From: Promethearchaeota archaeon
GTDB lineage: Archaea; Asgardarchaeota; Hermodarchaeia; Hermodarchaeales; Hermodarchaeaceae
Direction of reading: 5' to 3'
NCBI GenBank assembly: GCA_048938295.1
Contig: JBHLMI010000001.1
Coordinates: 119,449-151,448 of the forward strand
DNA length: 32,000 bases
The first letter of the stretch is position 1. Each line of letters starts with the position of its first letter. A program made the translations under genes and the position numbers. Below are positions 8,538 through 18,104 of this stretch, in pieces. Under the pieces are notes generated by a model. That model searched no databases. It saw only the letters and a list, made by a program, of their open reading frames with translations, and was not told the origin of the DNA.

Positions 8538-9515
8538 ATGACAAGTTCTAGCTCTTTCCCAATGGTTGCCTGCTTAGGTGAAGTCCTCATTGATTTCATC
8601 GCTGAGCAGGTTGGAACCTTAGACAAGGTTCATTCCTTTCGTCGAGCACCGGGTGGGGCCCCAGCGAACGTTGCAGTGGGAATAGCCCGATTAGGTGTAC
8701 CCTGTGGCTTCATTGGCAAAGTGGGTGCGGACACCTTTGGAGCTTTTTTAATATCGACGCTGAAGGAAAACGGCGTCGATACTTCTGCACTCCTTCAGAC
8801 GCCTGAAGCTCCCACAGCACTTGCGTTCGTAAGTCGCTCTGAATCAGGGGACTCCCATTTCCTCTTTTACCGAAACCCATGTGCAGATACGTTCCTCACT
8901 GAATCAGATCTTCCCCAGGACTGGTTCCGGTATCTGCAATTTCTCCACGTCGGTGGGGTCAGCTTGACCCGTGAACCCAGCCGCACAACCACTATCCAGG
9001 CCGCAAAACTTGCAAAAGACAACGGTGCAAGGGTAACCTTCGATCCTAATCTTCGTTTAGCCCTTTGGTCCAAAGATCTTTCGGCTTGTCGGGAACAAAT
9101 GCATGCCTTACTCGCCTATACGGACATCTTTCTTCCCTCTCAGGAGGAACTCCTAACGATCATGGCGACAGAGGATATTGAAGACGCAATTGTAAAAACT
9201 CACAGATTGGGGCCATCAATCGTCTGCGTAAAACGAGGGGTTCATGGTAGCCTGATTTCTGAAGAGAAATCAGAGGGCGATTTAAGGCAGTTTTCTCAAC
9301 CACCCCTTGATGTGGAGGTGGTAGATACGACTGGTGCAGGGGATGGATTCGATGCTGGTCTTATCGTAGGACTCGTTCGTGGGCTCTCCCTAGAGGCGGC
9401 TGTTAAACAGGGAACTGCAATTGCCTCTCTTGTAACCACCAAATTGGGGGCAATGACCGCCCTTCCCTCTGAACACGAGTTAGAAAGCTTTCTTGCAGAA
9501 TGTGAAGGGAAATGA
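8538..9515 (+). CDS. PfkB-family carbohydrate kinase (fructokinase-like)
   Basis: GEVLID, PGGAPANVAVG, FDPNLR, DTTGAGDGF. Confidence 0.93.
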   Translation: MTSSSSFPMVACLGEVLIDFIAEQVGTLDKVHSFRRAPGGAPANVAVGIARLGVPCGFIGKVGADTFGAFLISTLKENGVDTSALLQTPEAPTALAFVSRSESGDSHFLFYRNPCADTFLTESDLPQDWFRYLQFLHVGGVSLTREPSRTTTIQAAKLAKDNGARVTFDPNLRLALWSKDLSACREQMHALLAYTDIFLPSQEELLTIMATEDIEDAIVKTHRLGPSIVCVKRGVHGSLISEEKSEGDLRQFSQPPLDVEVVDTTGAGDGFDAGLIVGLVRGLSLEAAVKQGTAIASLVTTKLGAMTALPSEHELESFLAECEGK

Positions 9516-9517
9516 CC

Positions 9518-10081
9518 TTAGGGAACACAGTAGCGATAAATGACGTGGCGACCCGCGGTTTCAGATTTTCGAACAATCTTAATGACATCTCCAGGTCGGG
9601 CGCCAATTGCCTTTGCTGCAGGATCACCGGCTTTGATTCGTGGTAATTGTTCACGGCTTATCCCATATTCTTTCTCGACTTCTTCAATTTCCTTATCAGT
9701 AATGATGTCATGTTCTGGTACTAATTCGTGCAAGAACAAGTCGATTGACAGGAACCGACGGTGCAGCAGTTCAACATCCATTTCCTTTGCTTCTCGACGA
9801 GCTGCGTAAGTATAGCGTTCTCCACCAATGATTATAGCATAAGAAAATTCGCCATTGTCCCGCTCCTTGATTGTGTTACGTAGGATTTCAACACCAACAG
9901 TCGGAGTATCAAGGATGACGCGAACTAAGAGTGTTTGTTTAGCTTTTTTGATAGATTTTGCATGTATATCGATTATTCCCTCTTTTTCACCTTCAATTCT
10001 TTTGGTGATTTCATATCCACGTCGTTCTATTAGTCGCTTTAAATAATTGAACTGGTTCTCTGTTAACACAACTCTCACCAT
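9518..10081 (-). CDS. rpo5: DNA-directed RNA polymerase subunit Rpo5/H with Rpb5-like N-terminal domain
   Basis: C-terminal HELVPEH...QLPRIKAGDP...RPGDVIKIVRKSETAGR; about 112 aa N-terminal extension. Confidence 0.95.
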   Translation of the reverse strand: MVRVVLTENQFNYLKRLIERRGYEITKRIEGEKEGIIDIHAKSIKKAKQTLLVRVILDTPTVGVEILRNTIKERDNGEFSYAIIIGGERYTYAARREAKEMDVELLHRRFLSIDLFLHELVPEHDIITDKEIEEVEKEYGISREQLPRIKAGDPAAKAIGARPGDVIKIVRKSETAGRHVIYRYCVP

Positions 10082-10129
10082 GAAGTATGCAATGTTTCCC
10101 GCGGTCGATTCGCGACAGTGGAAAAACCA

Positions 10130-10137
10130 CTTATAAA
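10130..10137 (-). promoter_or_regulatory. TATA box (TTTATAAG) for rpo5
   Basis: Consensus archaeal TATA about 50 nt upstream of the rpo5 ATG. Confidence 0.55.
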
Positions 10138-10165
10138 CATTTGTGTCCTCTGCAATTCTTTCCTC

Positions 10166-10954
10166 CTACTGAGGAGGTTTGAGTAAGGATTTCCGGATTC
10201 CACCTGGGTCGATTTGAACTGATAGGGCGTGAATTTCCTTTTCGGAAGGAGGCGTGGTCTCCGGTATCTTATTGGGAACCTCAAAGGTAAATCCTGTCTG
10301 TTGCTTTACCTGCTTTAACATTATCCCTGGATGTAGGGATACTAAGCGAATTCGGTTATTCGCCCTGTTAAATCGGAATACGCACAAATCGGTCACGATG
10401 ACATCAGGTCCTCCATTGCGCATCCCCTTTGCTGCTGGAATCCATCCTGGACTGGTTACAAAAGGAACCTTGTTCACTAAATTACGCGGGCTATGGTTTG
10501 GTCGCCATGATACGATACGTCGGAAGGTTCGAATCATCAATGGTCCTCCAGCTCCACCTGGCAAACGGACTCTTGGTTGGTTGTGGTCTTTCTCCACAAT
10601 ACTCATGTTCAAACTGCCAAATTGGTCGATCTGTACTCCACCGAGAAACGCCACATCCATTCGACCGTTATTAGCCAAGTCGAAAATCTCTGGAAATGTT
10701 ATCGCATTTTCACAACAATCAAAGAGGTGGGGATTACCGGTCGAAAAGGGTCGTGGATTGGGATCCGGATTGATTGTCCCAAGGATAGTGAAATATAACA
10801 AATTCGGGGCATATGTTACTTTTGCAAGCAATGTTGCAAGCATTTGCACAGGACTTGCTACTCCTGTGAAGACTCGGTCCCCATCATGTAACTGACGAGC
10901 GAGCGTAGTGAGAATTAACTCATCAAATCCGTAATCGACGGATTTTCTGGTCAC
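10166..10954 (-). CDS. Family I CoA-transferase-like beta subunit (GctB/AibB-like)
   Basis: LARQLHDG, TGVASP, GGVQIDQFGSLN, RLPGGAGG, VTDLCVF, HPG; GTG start overlaps the stop of the alpha subunit. Confidence 0.88.
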   Translation of the reverse strand: MTRKSVDYGFDELILTTLARQLHDGDRVFTGVASPVQMLATLLAKVTYAPNLLYFTILGTINPDPNPRPFSTGNPHLFDCCENAITFPEIFDLANNGRMDVAFLGGVQIDQFGSLNMSIVEKDHNQPRVRLPGGAGGPLMIRTFRRIVSWRPNHSPRNLVNKVPFVTSPGWIPAAKGMRNGGPDVIVTDLCVFRFNRANNRIRLVSLHPGIMLKQVKQQTGFTFEVPNKIPETTPPSEKEIHALSVQIDPGGIRKSLLKPPQ

Positions 10955-11865
10955 CTGTCTCCCTCCCTCAGAGCCCTTTCATTGTCGCGAAATTTCCACG
11001 GTGGGGGAAAGCCCGTCTTCTGAATAAAAGCAGCATGATCAGAACACGCAATAATATATTCGTCCCGATATTGGTCAAATCCTTCAACGGTTTTAGCTTT
11101 CTCCAAATATACCGAGATATGTGCTTTATCCACCTCATAACGATGGTTCAGAGCAGTTGGAGCCGCACCATACGGGACCTGCGAAATAGCATCAACAAGG
11201 AAATGGGGAATCGCAATTCGACTCGGATCCAAGGTGTCTGGTTCAAGGATGTCTTCAACCGTGACCACAACTTTCCTACATGCTTGGGCGGTCGTTAGAG
11301 TGAATGCGGTCCACGGTTCATCAAGAAATACGTTTCCCCTGCTATCTGCTGCATGTGCATGAAGTATGAGAACGTCAGGGCGTAAAGCTGGCACGGTAAT
11401 GACTGTGTTATTCGGATCATAAGGTGACTGCATGATTTGATAATCGTTTCGAATCGAAAGCAAATCCGATCCCCGAAAATCTGGCAAAGGTATGAAGGGA
11501 ATACCATAAGCTCCTGCCCGTAAAGCCATACAAATGGCATAGCCCATACTTTCTTTCACCTGAATGGAACCCTGTTCGGTTGCATCACGAAAGCGGTGCA
11601 TCGTGGCAAAGCCATCTTGGGTCATGAATCCAAGGAAGTAGAATTCTAGTTCTGCAATACAGCCTGCCCCAATTAGCTGATCGATGGCTAGCCCATTAGG
11701 TGCACTAACGACGCGAAGATTACGGACTTTTGCCCGAATTAATTCATGGATAACCGCCATGGGTAATCGATTAATCAATAACCCTTCGAGGTAGACATGA
11801 CTTCCATTAGGGATGAACTTACGTATTAACTGCTTAAATGGGATGAACTTGCTGGATTGTGGCAA
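10951..11865 (-). CDS. Family I CoA-transferase-like alpha subunit (GctA/AibA-like)
   Basis: R.PMAVIHELIR, LRAGAYGIPF, VPALRPDVLILHA..AD..GN, VPYGAAPT; TTG start after GAGGTTGA. Confidence 0.88.
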   Translation of the reverse strand: MPQSSKFIPFKQLIRKFIPNGSHVYLEGLLINRLPMAVIHELIRAKVRNLRVVSAPNGLAIDQLIGAGCIAELEFYFLGFMTQDGFATMHRFRDATEQGSIQVKESMGYAICMALRAGAYGIPFIPLPDFRGSDLLSIRNDYQIMQSPYDPNNTVITVPALRPDVLILHAHAADSRGNVFLDEPWTAFTLTTAQACRKVVVTVEDILEPDTLDPSRIAIPHFLVDAISQVPYGAAPTALNHRYEVDKAHISVYLEKAKTVEGFDQYRDEYIIACSDHAAFIQKTGFPPPWKFRDNERALREGDR

Positions 11866-11922
11866 TGTTAATTCAACCTCTTTGTTTCCAATCGACGAGT
11901 TAGAGTGAAATGTAGGGTTTAG

Positions 11923-12981
11923 TTATTTGCTCTGCGGTTTGCGTGGACTGATGTGAATCCACCCTTTCCGAATTACCCAAATGAGGGGAATGAGAATCGC
12001 GGGAATCATAATCAGGAATTGGACTTGCCATGTGTAGATTGGAACACCATTTGGTAAATAAAACAGGGGGAAGGGCCAAAACACGTTATACATCCCTAAA
12101 AGATTGGCCACAAGGGATGGTATGGCTACAGTCACAGTAATTGCCGTTAAGATGACGATGATATGGTTAAGACGGTTGGCAAGAAGAATCGAGTGCAATG
12201 ATACCAAATCGTTGAGGTTACGCCCATTGATTTCAAGCGCCTGTTGTTGACGTTCAATTTCAGAAATAGTTACATCCAGTAGAGCTCTCAACTCCTCAGA
12301 AAGTTGTAGGTATCGGGGCACATGTTGAAGCATCATATCGATGAAGTGTCGCTGTGTTGTCAGGTGCTGATAAAACTCATTTTGCAGGGAGCGAATACGT
12401 TGAATTTCTGTAAGTAAAACGTTGATATTGATATCAGCATATCGCGCTTCCAATTCCTTGGTGGCTTGTTCGATTTCGTCAATGATTGGGATATTGCGTT
12501 CAATGATTTCTTGGACAATTCGCACAGCCACTAGTGAGGGGTCAGCTTCCTGTTCACCTGCTACGAGGTTTCGAACCGTTTCCTCAACCTCAACGATAGC
12601 ATCGGGGGGTATGCTCTTTCCAATAGTGGCCACCATTTTTTCTCCAAGGAGTACCAGAACAGGTATTGCATGCTGAACAGGTTTTGCCACCATTGTTGGT
12701 ACATGAAACGCTGAATAAGCGTAGAATCTGTGGTATCGGCCTCTTGTAGACTGTTCCAAGACCCGGACCAGGCTCTTCGGATCAACTGATAAGAATAGAC
12801 CAAGCTCTGTATATTCCTCTGTGGATGGATCCACGGCTGATATCCACATAAATTCAGTATCTCGCCAAACTTTTTTGAAATCTCCATCCTTCGCAAGTTT
12901 GCGAAACTCATTGTTCTTGGTGAAGTACACTGTTATCATCTGGTCTCTCACCTCCATGCATTTGACGGCGGAGCACTTCAT
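11923..12981 (-). CDS. corA: CorA/Mrs2-family divalent cation transporter
   Basis: WISAVDPS..E, long stalk helix ..NRLNHIIVILTAIT, two C-terminal TM helices; signature is GMYN instead of GMN. Confidence 0.85.
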   Translation of the reverse strand: MKCSAVKCMEVRDQMITVYFTKNNEFRKLAKDGDFKKVWRDTEFMWISAVDPSTEEYTELGLFLSVDPKSLVRVLEQSTRGRYHRFYAYSAFHVPTMVAKPVQHAIPVLVLLGEKMVATIGKSIPPDAIVEVEETVRNLVAGEQEADPSLVAVRIVQEIIERNIPIIDEIEQATKELEARYADININVLLTEIQRIRSLQNEFYQHLTTQRHFIDMMLQHVPRYLQLSEELRALLDVTISEIERQQQALEINGRNLNDLVSLHSILLANRLNHIIVILTAITVTVAIPSLVANLLGMYNVFWPFPLFYLPNGVPIYTWQVQFLIMIPAILIPLIWVIRKGWIHISPRKPQSK

Positions 12982-13034
12982 CTATTAGAGGAGGGGGTAT
13001 TAAAAGATTGAAAACTAGCTGAAACTTACTTTAG

Positions 13035-14039
13035 TTAACGCGAGACCGTGACAGCTTCACCCTTTAGTTCAAGAAGTCCTGCGCGGACGAGTTCCTGAAC
13101 TCGACGACGCGCCTCGTATACCCCCACGCCTAAGATCTTACTAAGTTCTTCAAGTGTTCGTTGTCCAGTCTCACGAACTAACAAGTAAATCTTGTACTTA
13201 GGATCCTTTTCGAGGGCCTTTCGGAGCTTTTCATACTCTACTTCTAAATCCGTTACTCGACGTCGTAAAACAGTCGTGTCTTGAACAGCTTCGCGTTGAA
13301 CGATACCCACCGTTCGCAGTTTAGACACTTCATCCTGGGCATCTTGTGCCATATCCTTCTTCACTAGGATATCCTTTTGCAGTGCAACCAATTCCTCATC
13401 GCGTTTCCTAATGACATCCTGTAACTTACCAATTCGTTTTGCCATTTCTTCGAGCTGAACTAAGAGGTGTTCTTCCCGCTCTTTTGCTGTTTCTTCTAAG
13501 GTCTTAAGCTTCTCTTGAAGCTCTCGGTTAACTTCGTTGAGTTGTGCTTCCGTTTCCTTGTGTTTCTCCACTTCAGCTTCCAGACCAGTAAGTTCCTCTT
13601 GATGTTGTGCAAGGTCCGTATTTGCCTGTTCGAGTTGCTCTGTGAGTGATTCAATCTGCTCATCGAGTGCTTTTTTTTCAGCATTGAATTCATCCGTTTG
13701 GCTGAGAAGATCAGAAACCTGATTACCACGCTCTTCTTTCTCAGTTTTTAACTGCTCAATGTCTCCTTTTTCAAAGACGCCTTCTTCTTCCACTTCAGGT
13801 GTTTCATTGAAAGTAGCAACAGGCTCTTCGACGGAAACCTCCACAGCCTCTTCTTCAATGGGTGCTGCAGGTTCTTCTTCAGGCTCAGACGTTGTGTCTA
13901 TTTCAGGTTCGTCAATAGATAGTTTCGCAGTCTCTTTGTCGGGTTCATGTATGAGTTCTTCTATTCGGTCCTCTGGTTTTCGATATCTCCACTTCTTGGA
14001 AGGCTCATCGGATGAATCCTCAGGCAGCTCAGTTGGCAT
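13035..14039 (-). CDS. Acidic disordered N-terminus, long coiled coil and C-terminal winged-helix protein
   Basis: Start reassigned to ATG 14039 (AGGGGA RBS; AAAGTTTAAT promoter-like box at about 14083-14092); E/P-rich region, long heptad-rich helix, wHTH-like DPKYKIYLLV..T.EELSKILG....RRRVQELVRAGLLE. Confidence 0.75.
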   Translation of the reverse strand: MPTELPEDSSDEPSKKWRYRKPEDRIEELIHEPDKETAKLSIDEPEIDTTSEPEEEPAAPIEEEAVEVSVEEPVATFNETPEVEEEGVFEKGDIEQLKTEKEERGNQVSDLLSQTDEFNAEKKALDEQIESLTEQLEQANTDLAQHQEELTGLEAEVEKHKETEAQLNEVNRELQEKLKTLEETAKEREEHLLVQLEEMAKRIGKLQDVIRKRDEELVALQKDILVKKDMAQDAQDEVSKLRTVGIVQREAVQDTTVLRRRVTDLEVEYEKLRKALEKDPKYKIYLLVRETGQRTLEELSKILGVGVYEARRRVQELVRAGLLELKGEAVTVSR

Positions 14040-14160
14040 AACTAATTCCCCTATCGGTACTAGAGTATCAAAACGAATATGCATTAAACTTTGTGGCACT
14101 CTACTAAAAGAGCATAGAATATCGCGTAACACAAAATGACCGGTTACCCCTTTTTCCACG

Positions 14161-15351
14161 TCATTGCCTTCCGAAACAATACGCTGTTGATTGAAATTGT
14201 CTTGTTAGGGTGTGTACATCCCGTTTGATTTGTTCAACAGCACTTCCTCGAAGCCGATTAGCAATTAATAACGCAATTTGTTGCATTTGCTCAGTTTTCA
14301 TGCCCCGGCGCGTAACCTCCTGGGAACCAAGTCGTACTCCAATATCGGCAATGATATCAGCTGCCTCTAATTGATTGCACATTTTCTCCCCCTGGCGTAG
14401 GTCTTCTATCTGAAGTAAGACCTGATGTGTTTTTGTATAACCCCAGCCGGTTCCAACGACAGACACTTCTTCCTTTACTAACGCTCTCGCGAGGGTTTCA
14501 GCATTGACAATTACTTGCTTTGCATAATCTTTGCCAAAAGCGAGCATTTCGGCGAGAGCAATTGCTAATGCGGCTACCCGATGATGATGATAATTATCAA
14601 CTAGCACCGGATTTGGACGTAATGTCAAATTGATTTGTTCTGCGAGTTCTGAATCCTTTTTAACTAAAATGATTCCGCCTTGCGGACCAAAGAAGGTCTT
14701 GTGGGTGCTCCCCAACAGAATTTGTGCTCCCTCCTTGAACGGATTCTGAAATTGTCCCCCAGCAATCAAGCCCAGAACGTGTGACCCATCGTACACCAAG
14801 GTTGCACCTACATCTTTGCAAACCTTGGCAAGCTCCGCCACTGGATGGGGCTTCAAGAAGATGCTTGCACCTAAAATCACTATACGCGGACGGACGCGGT
14901 TAATCAACACTTGTGCACGAGGCACGTCTATTGAGTAGATATCATCTTGATAGGGGAGATAGTGGATATCGAGGGGAAATCGCGCTTGTAGATTCAACGG
15001 ATATCCTCCGTTGTCAACATGAGAAATCATGATTGGATCATTCGGTTGGCACAAACCCATGATCACTGCCATTAATGAAAGGTGACCTGAAAGGGGACGG
15101 ACGTTAGCATACTCAGCATGAAAGAGCTTCTTCGCCATCTCAACAGCTTTTTCCTCTACTTTTATGGTGAATTTCGTGCCGCCGTACCAAGTTTGATCCC
15201 ACGCGTATCGATGACCAAAATCTGATGCTAGCATCATCCGAACTTGGGGACTAGTAAGGTTTTCTGAAGGGATGAGGTTCAGGCATCGTTGTCGCCATTG
15301 CTCGTGTGCCTGAGTCGTTGAAAGGATGGATTGCGCATGTTCTGCACACAT
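14161..15351 (-). CDS. glyA: Serine hydroxymethyltransferase
   Basis: NLIPSEN, GHRYA, YDGSHVLGLIAG, GSTHKTFFGPQGG (PLP lysine), GVRLGSQEVTRRGM. Confidence 0.93.
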   Translation of the reverse strand: MCAEHAQSILSTTQAHEQWRQRCLNLIPSENLTSPQVRMMLASDFGHRYAWDQTWYGGTKFTIKVEEKAVEMAKKLFHAEYANVRPLSGHLSLMAVIMGLCQPNDPIMISHVDNGGYPLNLQARFPLDIHYLPYQDDIYSIDVPRAQVLINRVRPRIVILGASIFLKPHPVAELAKVCKDVGATLVYDGSHVLGLIAGGQFQNPFKEGAQILLGSTHKTFFGPQGGIILVKKDSELAEQINLTLRPNPVLVDNYHHHRVAALAIALAEMLAFGKDYAKQVIVNAETLARALVKEEVSVVGTGWGYTKTHQVLLQIEDLRQGEKMCNQLEAADIIADIGVRLGSQEVTRRGMKTEQMQQIALLIANRLRGSAVEQIKRDVHTLTRQFQSTAYCFGRQ

Positions 15352-15479
15352 GATGTATCTACTCCTATCAAAGTCCTGGGAAAATTTTCTAGCTACGCAT
15401 TAGAATGTATGTGATTGAATAAGCTTTTTCAACAGTTATTCCTGATGACCTGTTCTAACCCGTTGCATAGGTGATTATT

Positions 15480-16754
15480 TTGACCGACGACCCAGCTCCG
15501 AGAAAGGAGCCCCTTAATCAGCAATCAATCCGTATCTCTGCTATGTGGTCGTCGTGGCAAATCGGTGCCAACCTTCTTTGGGCCTACACAGGTGTATTAG
15601 CTGTTGATTTAGGAGCATCAGGTGTCCAGCAAAGCACAGTTACTGGAGTCCAGACACTTGGGAACGCCTCAATGCAATGGGCTTGGGGAAGTCTCACTGA
15701 TCGATTTGGCAGGCGTCCCTTTCTTTTCATCGGGTTACTCGCTATCGGAATGACGGCAGCTCTCATTCCCTTCGCTCAGAATGCATGGCAACTCATTTTA
15801 CTCTTATTGGTGCCAACTATCATTGGGAGTGCTGCTATTCCTGCGTGGAATGGCTTGCTTGGAGATATTACAACCATGAAGGGTCGCGGGCGGTTCGTGG
15901 GAGTTGTCACTGCGGTAGGGACAATCGCTTCAGCAATAGCACTTATTGTCGTAGGCTTCTTCGCCGTATCCATTGGTTTGACAGGACTAGCGCAATATCA
16001 GGTTCCGATGTATCTTGGGTTTGTGGCTTTAATCATAGCAGTCTCCTGTATCCTTGTTCTAAAAGAAACTGTCCATGATTCAAAACATCGGGTCTTCCGT
16101 ATTCGAGAGTCCGTCAGAGCAACACCTCGATTCGTTCGGTTCTTAATCATCAATATCGTTTTCTTCACTGCCATGGGTGCTGCATGGCCACTTTTTCCCA
16201 TAGTTACTCGAGGGATTCTCAACGTGGATTTGTTTCTAATCGGCGTGTTAACTGCAATATTCAGCATTTCTTCTGGAATTGCCCAAATTGCTGGAGGTGT
16301 CCTCACTGACTATTTGGGGCGAAAACCCGTTATTATAATCGCTCGTGGTTTAATTTTCATTGTTCCCCTCTGTTCCGCTTTAGGCGCTATCACCGGAAAT
16401 ATCTGGTTCCTAGTTCCCCTCAATATTACTGGAGGGTTTCTAACCGGCCTATTCATTGTCAGTAGCACCGCATGGCTACTCGATTCCGCTCCACCGATTT
16501 ACAGGGGAACAGTTGTCGCCCTTTTTAATTTCTTCACAGGGGTTGCTGCGTTTTGTGCTGCAATGGTTTCAGGCTTCGTACTCGATTATCTCACACTTCA
16601 TATTCCCCATACAACCGTAGTGATACTAATGTTGCTAACCATCATGTTTCTAAGGATATTTGCGTCCATTGGGTATCTTGCAATCAATGAAACGCTAGTG
16701 AAAGTACCTGCCCCAACCATTCCACGTGTTCCTGGTCCAGATCGAGCCCCTTAA
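15480..16754 (+). CDS. MFS transporter
   Basis: About 12 TM helices, motif A repeated (GSLTDRFGRRP, GVLTDYLGRKP); likely TTG start at 15480 after AGGTGA (ORF track starts at 15471). Confidence 0.92.
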   Translation: MTDDPAPRKEPLNQQSIRISAMWSSWQIGANLLWAYTGVLAVDLGASGVQQSTVTGVQTLGNASMQWAWGSLTDRFGRRPFLFIGLLAIGMTAALIPFAQNAWQLILLLLVPTIIGSAAIPAWNGLLGDITTMKGRGRFVGVVTAVGTIASAIALIVVGFFAVSIGLTGLAQYQVPMYLGFVALIIAVSCILVLKETVHDSKHRVFRIRESVRATPRFVRFLIINIVFFTAMGAAWPLFPIVTRGILNVDLFLIGVLTAIFSISSGIAQIAGGVLTDYLGRKPVIIIARGLIFIVPLCSALGAITGNIWFLVPLNITGGFLTGLFIVSSTAWLLDSAPPIYRGTVVALFNFFTGVAAFCAAMVSGFVLDYLTLHIPHTTVVILMLLTIMFLRIFASIGYLAINETLVKVPAPTIPRVPGPDRAP

Positions 16755-18103
16755 AATTTTGAGGAGCTATGCAGGGTTCGGATGAGATCGGTGTAGAACT
16801 TGGCGGTTTGAAGTATCGATTCCAGAAGGACATGCTCGTTAGATCCATGAATGCCATATCCAATGGGCCCAAAATCGATGGCTTGAATTTCTCGATCAGT
16901 GAAATGGCGTGTGTCACTGGCTCCTCCTAATTCAATGGGTTCGATTTTTTGGGAGTGTGTCTTGGCGACTTGCTGAGCTGTTGTAACCAAGTGTGATTTT
17001 GTGGGCGTGTTCATGTATGCTTTGCCTAACTTTACCGATCGTTGATATTCGATTCCCGCTAATTTCTCTATTAGCACAGTGTCCAATGCCTTTTGAACGG
17101 ATTCCGCATCCATTGTCATTGCCCGACCGTCAAAATAGATGACCCATCGATTGTCGTGTTCGTACAACAGGTTGGGACAGAAGGTGATGCCATAATCACT
17201 AAGAAAGGTGGGAAACTGGATTCGGGATATCGGTAGCAGGACTTGGAGGAGCTGTGTAAGGTTATTATCACAGGTATGCAATTGCTTGTTCACCTTCACA
17301 GCTGGGTTAATGCTGGTAATCTCAAACCAATCCGGAACGACGTTGCTTTTGACATAACTACCAGCTGCTGATTTGACTTGAATCTCGGGATTATGGAGTA
17401 GAAAACTGGATGCAGCAAGTAGTGCATGCCGATCTACACCAGGCAGGAAATAAGCCGAGTGGCGTGATTGTCGCCCAAGATATTCTGTGGTGAAGCGATG
17501 GGTTGCGAGCCCTCCTTCATAAGGCGAGGGCGTTTGTGGAACGGAAACGGTTACTGAAACAGTATTTCTCCGACGAGTCACAATCTGCATACCCACGCCA
17601 TCCGCTGTTACGAGATAGTCAGGAAACAGGTTGCGCTTTTCCAATATCGCTCGGACAACAGGTGCCCCATTCATTCCTCCTATTTCCTCATCACCGGTCA
17701 TGGCAAAGGCGACAGTCCCATCGATTTCGTGTTGCATAATCTCCTCTGCTGAAAGTAACAAGGCAGTTGTGTTTCCCTTATCATCTGCTGTACCGCGACC
17801 ATACCCCATCTCTCCCTTGATCATTAATTCAAATGGATCAGAATCCCATCCCTCACTTACGGGAACAACATCAAAATGAGCTAGTACTAAAGTCACCGGG
17901 CGACCGGTGCCATGAGTGGCAAGCACTGAAAAAAAGCCCATCTGCTCGACAATCTTGGTCTTATACCCCATTTGAGCAAGAATGGCTTCAAGGTATTCAG
18001 GGCATTCTCGAGTTGGACATATTTCTTTCGCGGGGTCGTTGACCGTAGGGAATTGTATAAGGTTCTTCAGTACAGTAAGATAATCCAAATATGTGTCCTC
18101 CAT
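16751..18103 (-). CDS. M20-family metallopeptidase (DapE/ArgE/PepV-like)
   Basis: AHFDVVP, GRGTADDKG, GDEEIGG, GGASDTRHF, HGSNE. Confidence 0.9.
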   Translation of the reverse strand: MEDTYLDYLTVLKNLIQFPTVNDPAKEICPTRECPEYLEAILAQMGYKTKIVEQMGFFSVLATHGTGRPVTLVLAHFDVVPVSEGWDSDPFELMIKGEMGYGRGTADDKGNTTALLLSAEEIMQHEIDGTVAFAMTGDEEIGGMNGAPVVRAILEKRNLFPDYLVTADGVGMQIVTRRRNTVSVTVSVPQTPSPYEGGLATHRFTTEYLGRQSRHSAYFLPGVDRHALLAASSFLLHNPEIQVKSAAGSYVKSNVVPDWFEITSINPAVKVNKQLHTCDNNLTQLLQVLLPISRIQFPTFLSDYGITFCPNLLYEHDNRWVIYFDGRAMTMDAESVQKALDTVLIEKLAGIEYQRSVKLGKAYMNTPTKSHLVTTAQQVAKTHSQKIEPIELGGASDTRHFTDREIQAIDFGPIGYGIHGSNEHVLLESILQTAKFYTDLIRTLHSSSKF

Positions 18104-18104
18104 T

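Noticed and set aside
10254-10895. 213-aa plus-strand ORF
   Set aside because: Lies wholly antisense to the well-supported CoA-transferase beta gene; no motif or RBS; shadow ORF
13759-14139. Ser-rich 126-aa plus-strand ORF
   Set aside because: Antisense reflection of the Glu-rich (GAA to TTC/TCT) region of the coiled-coil gene
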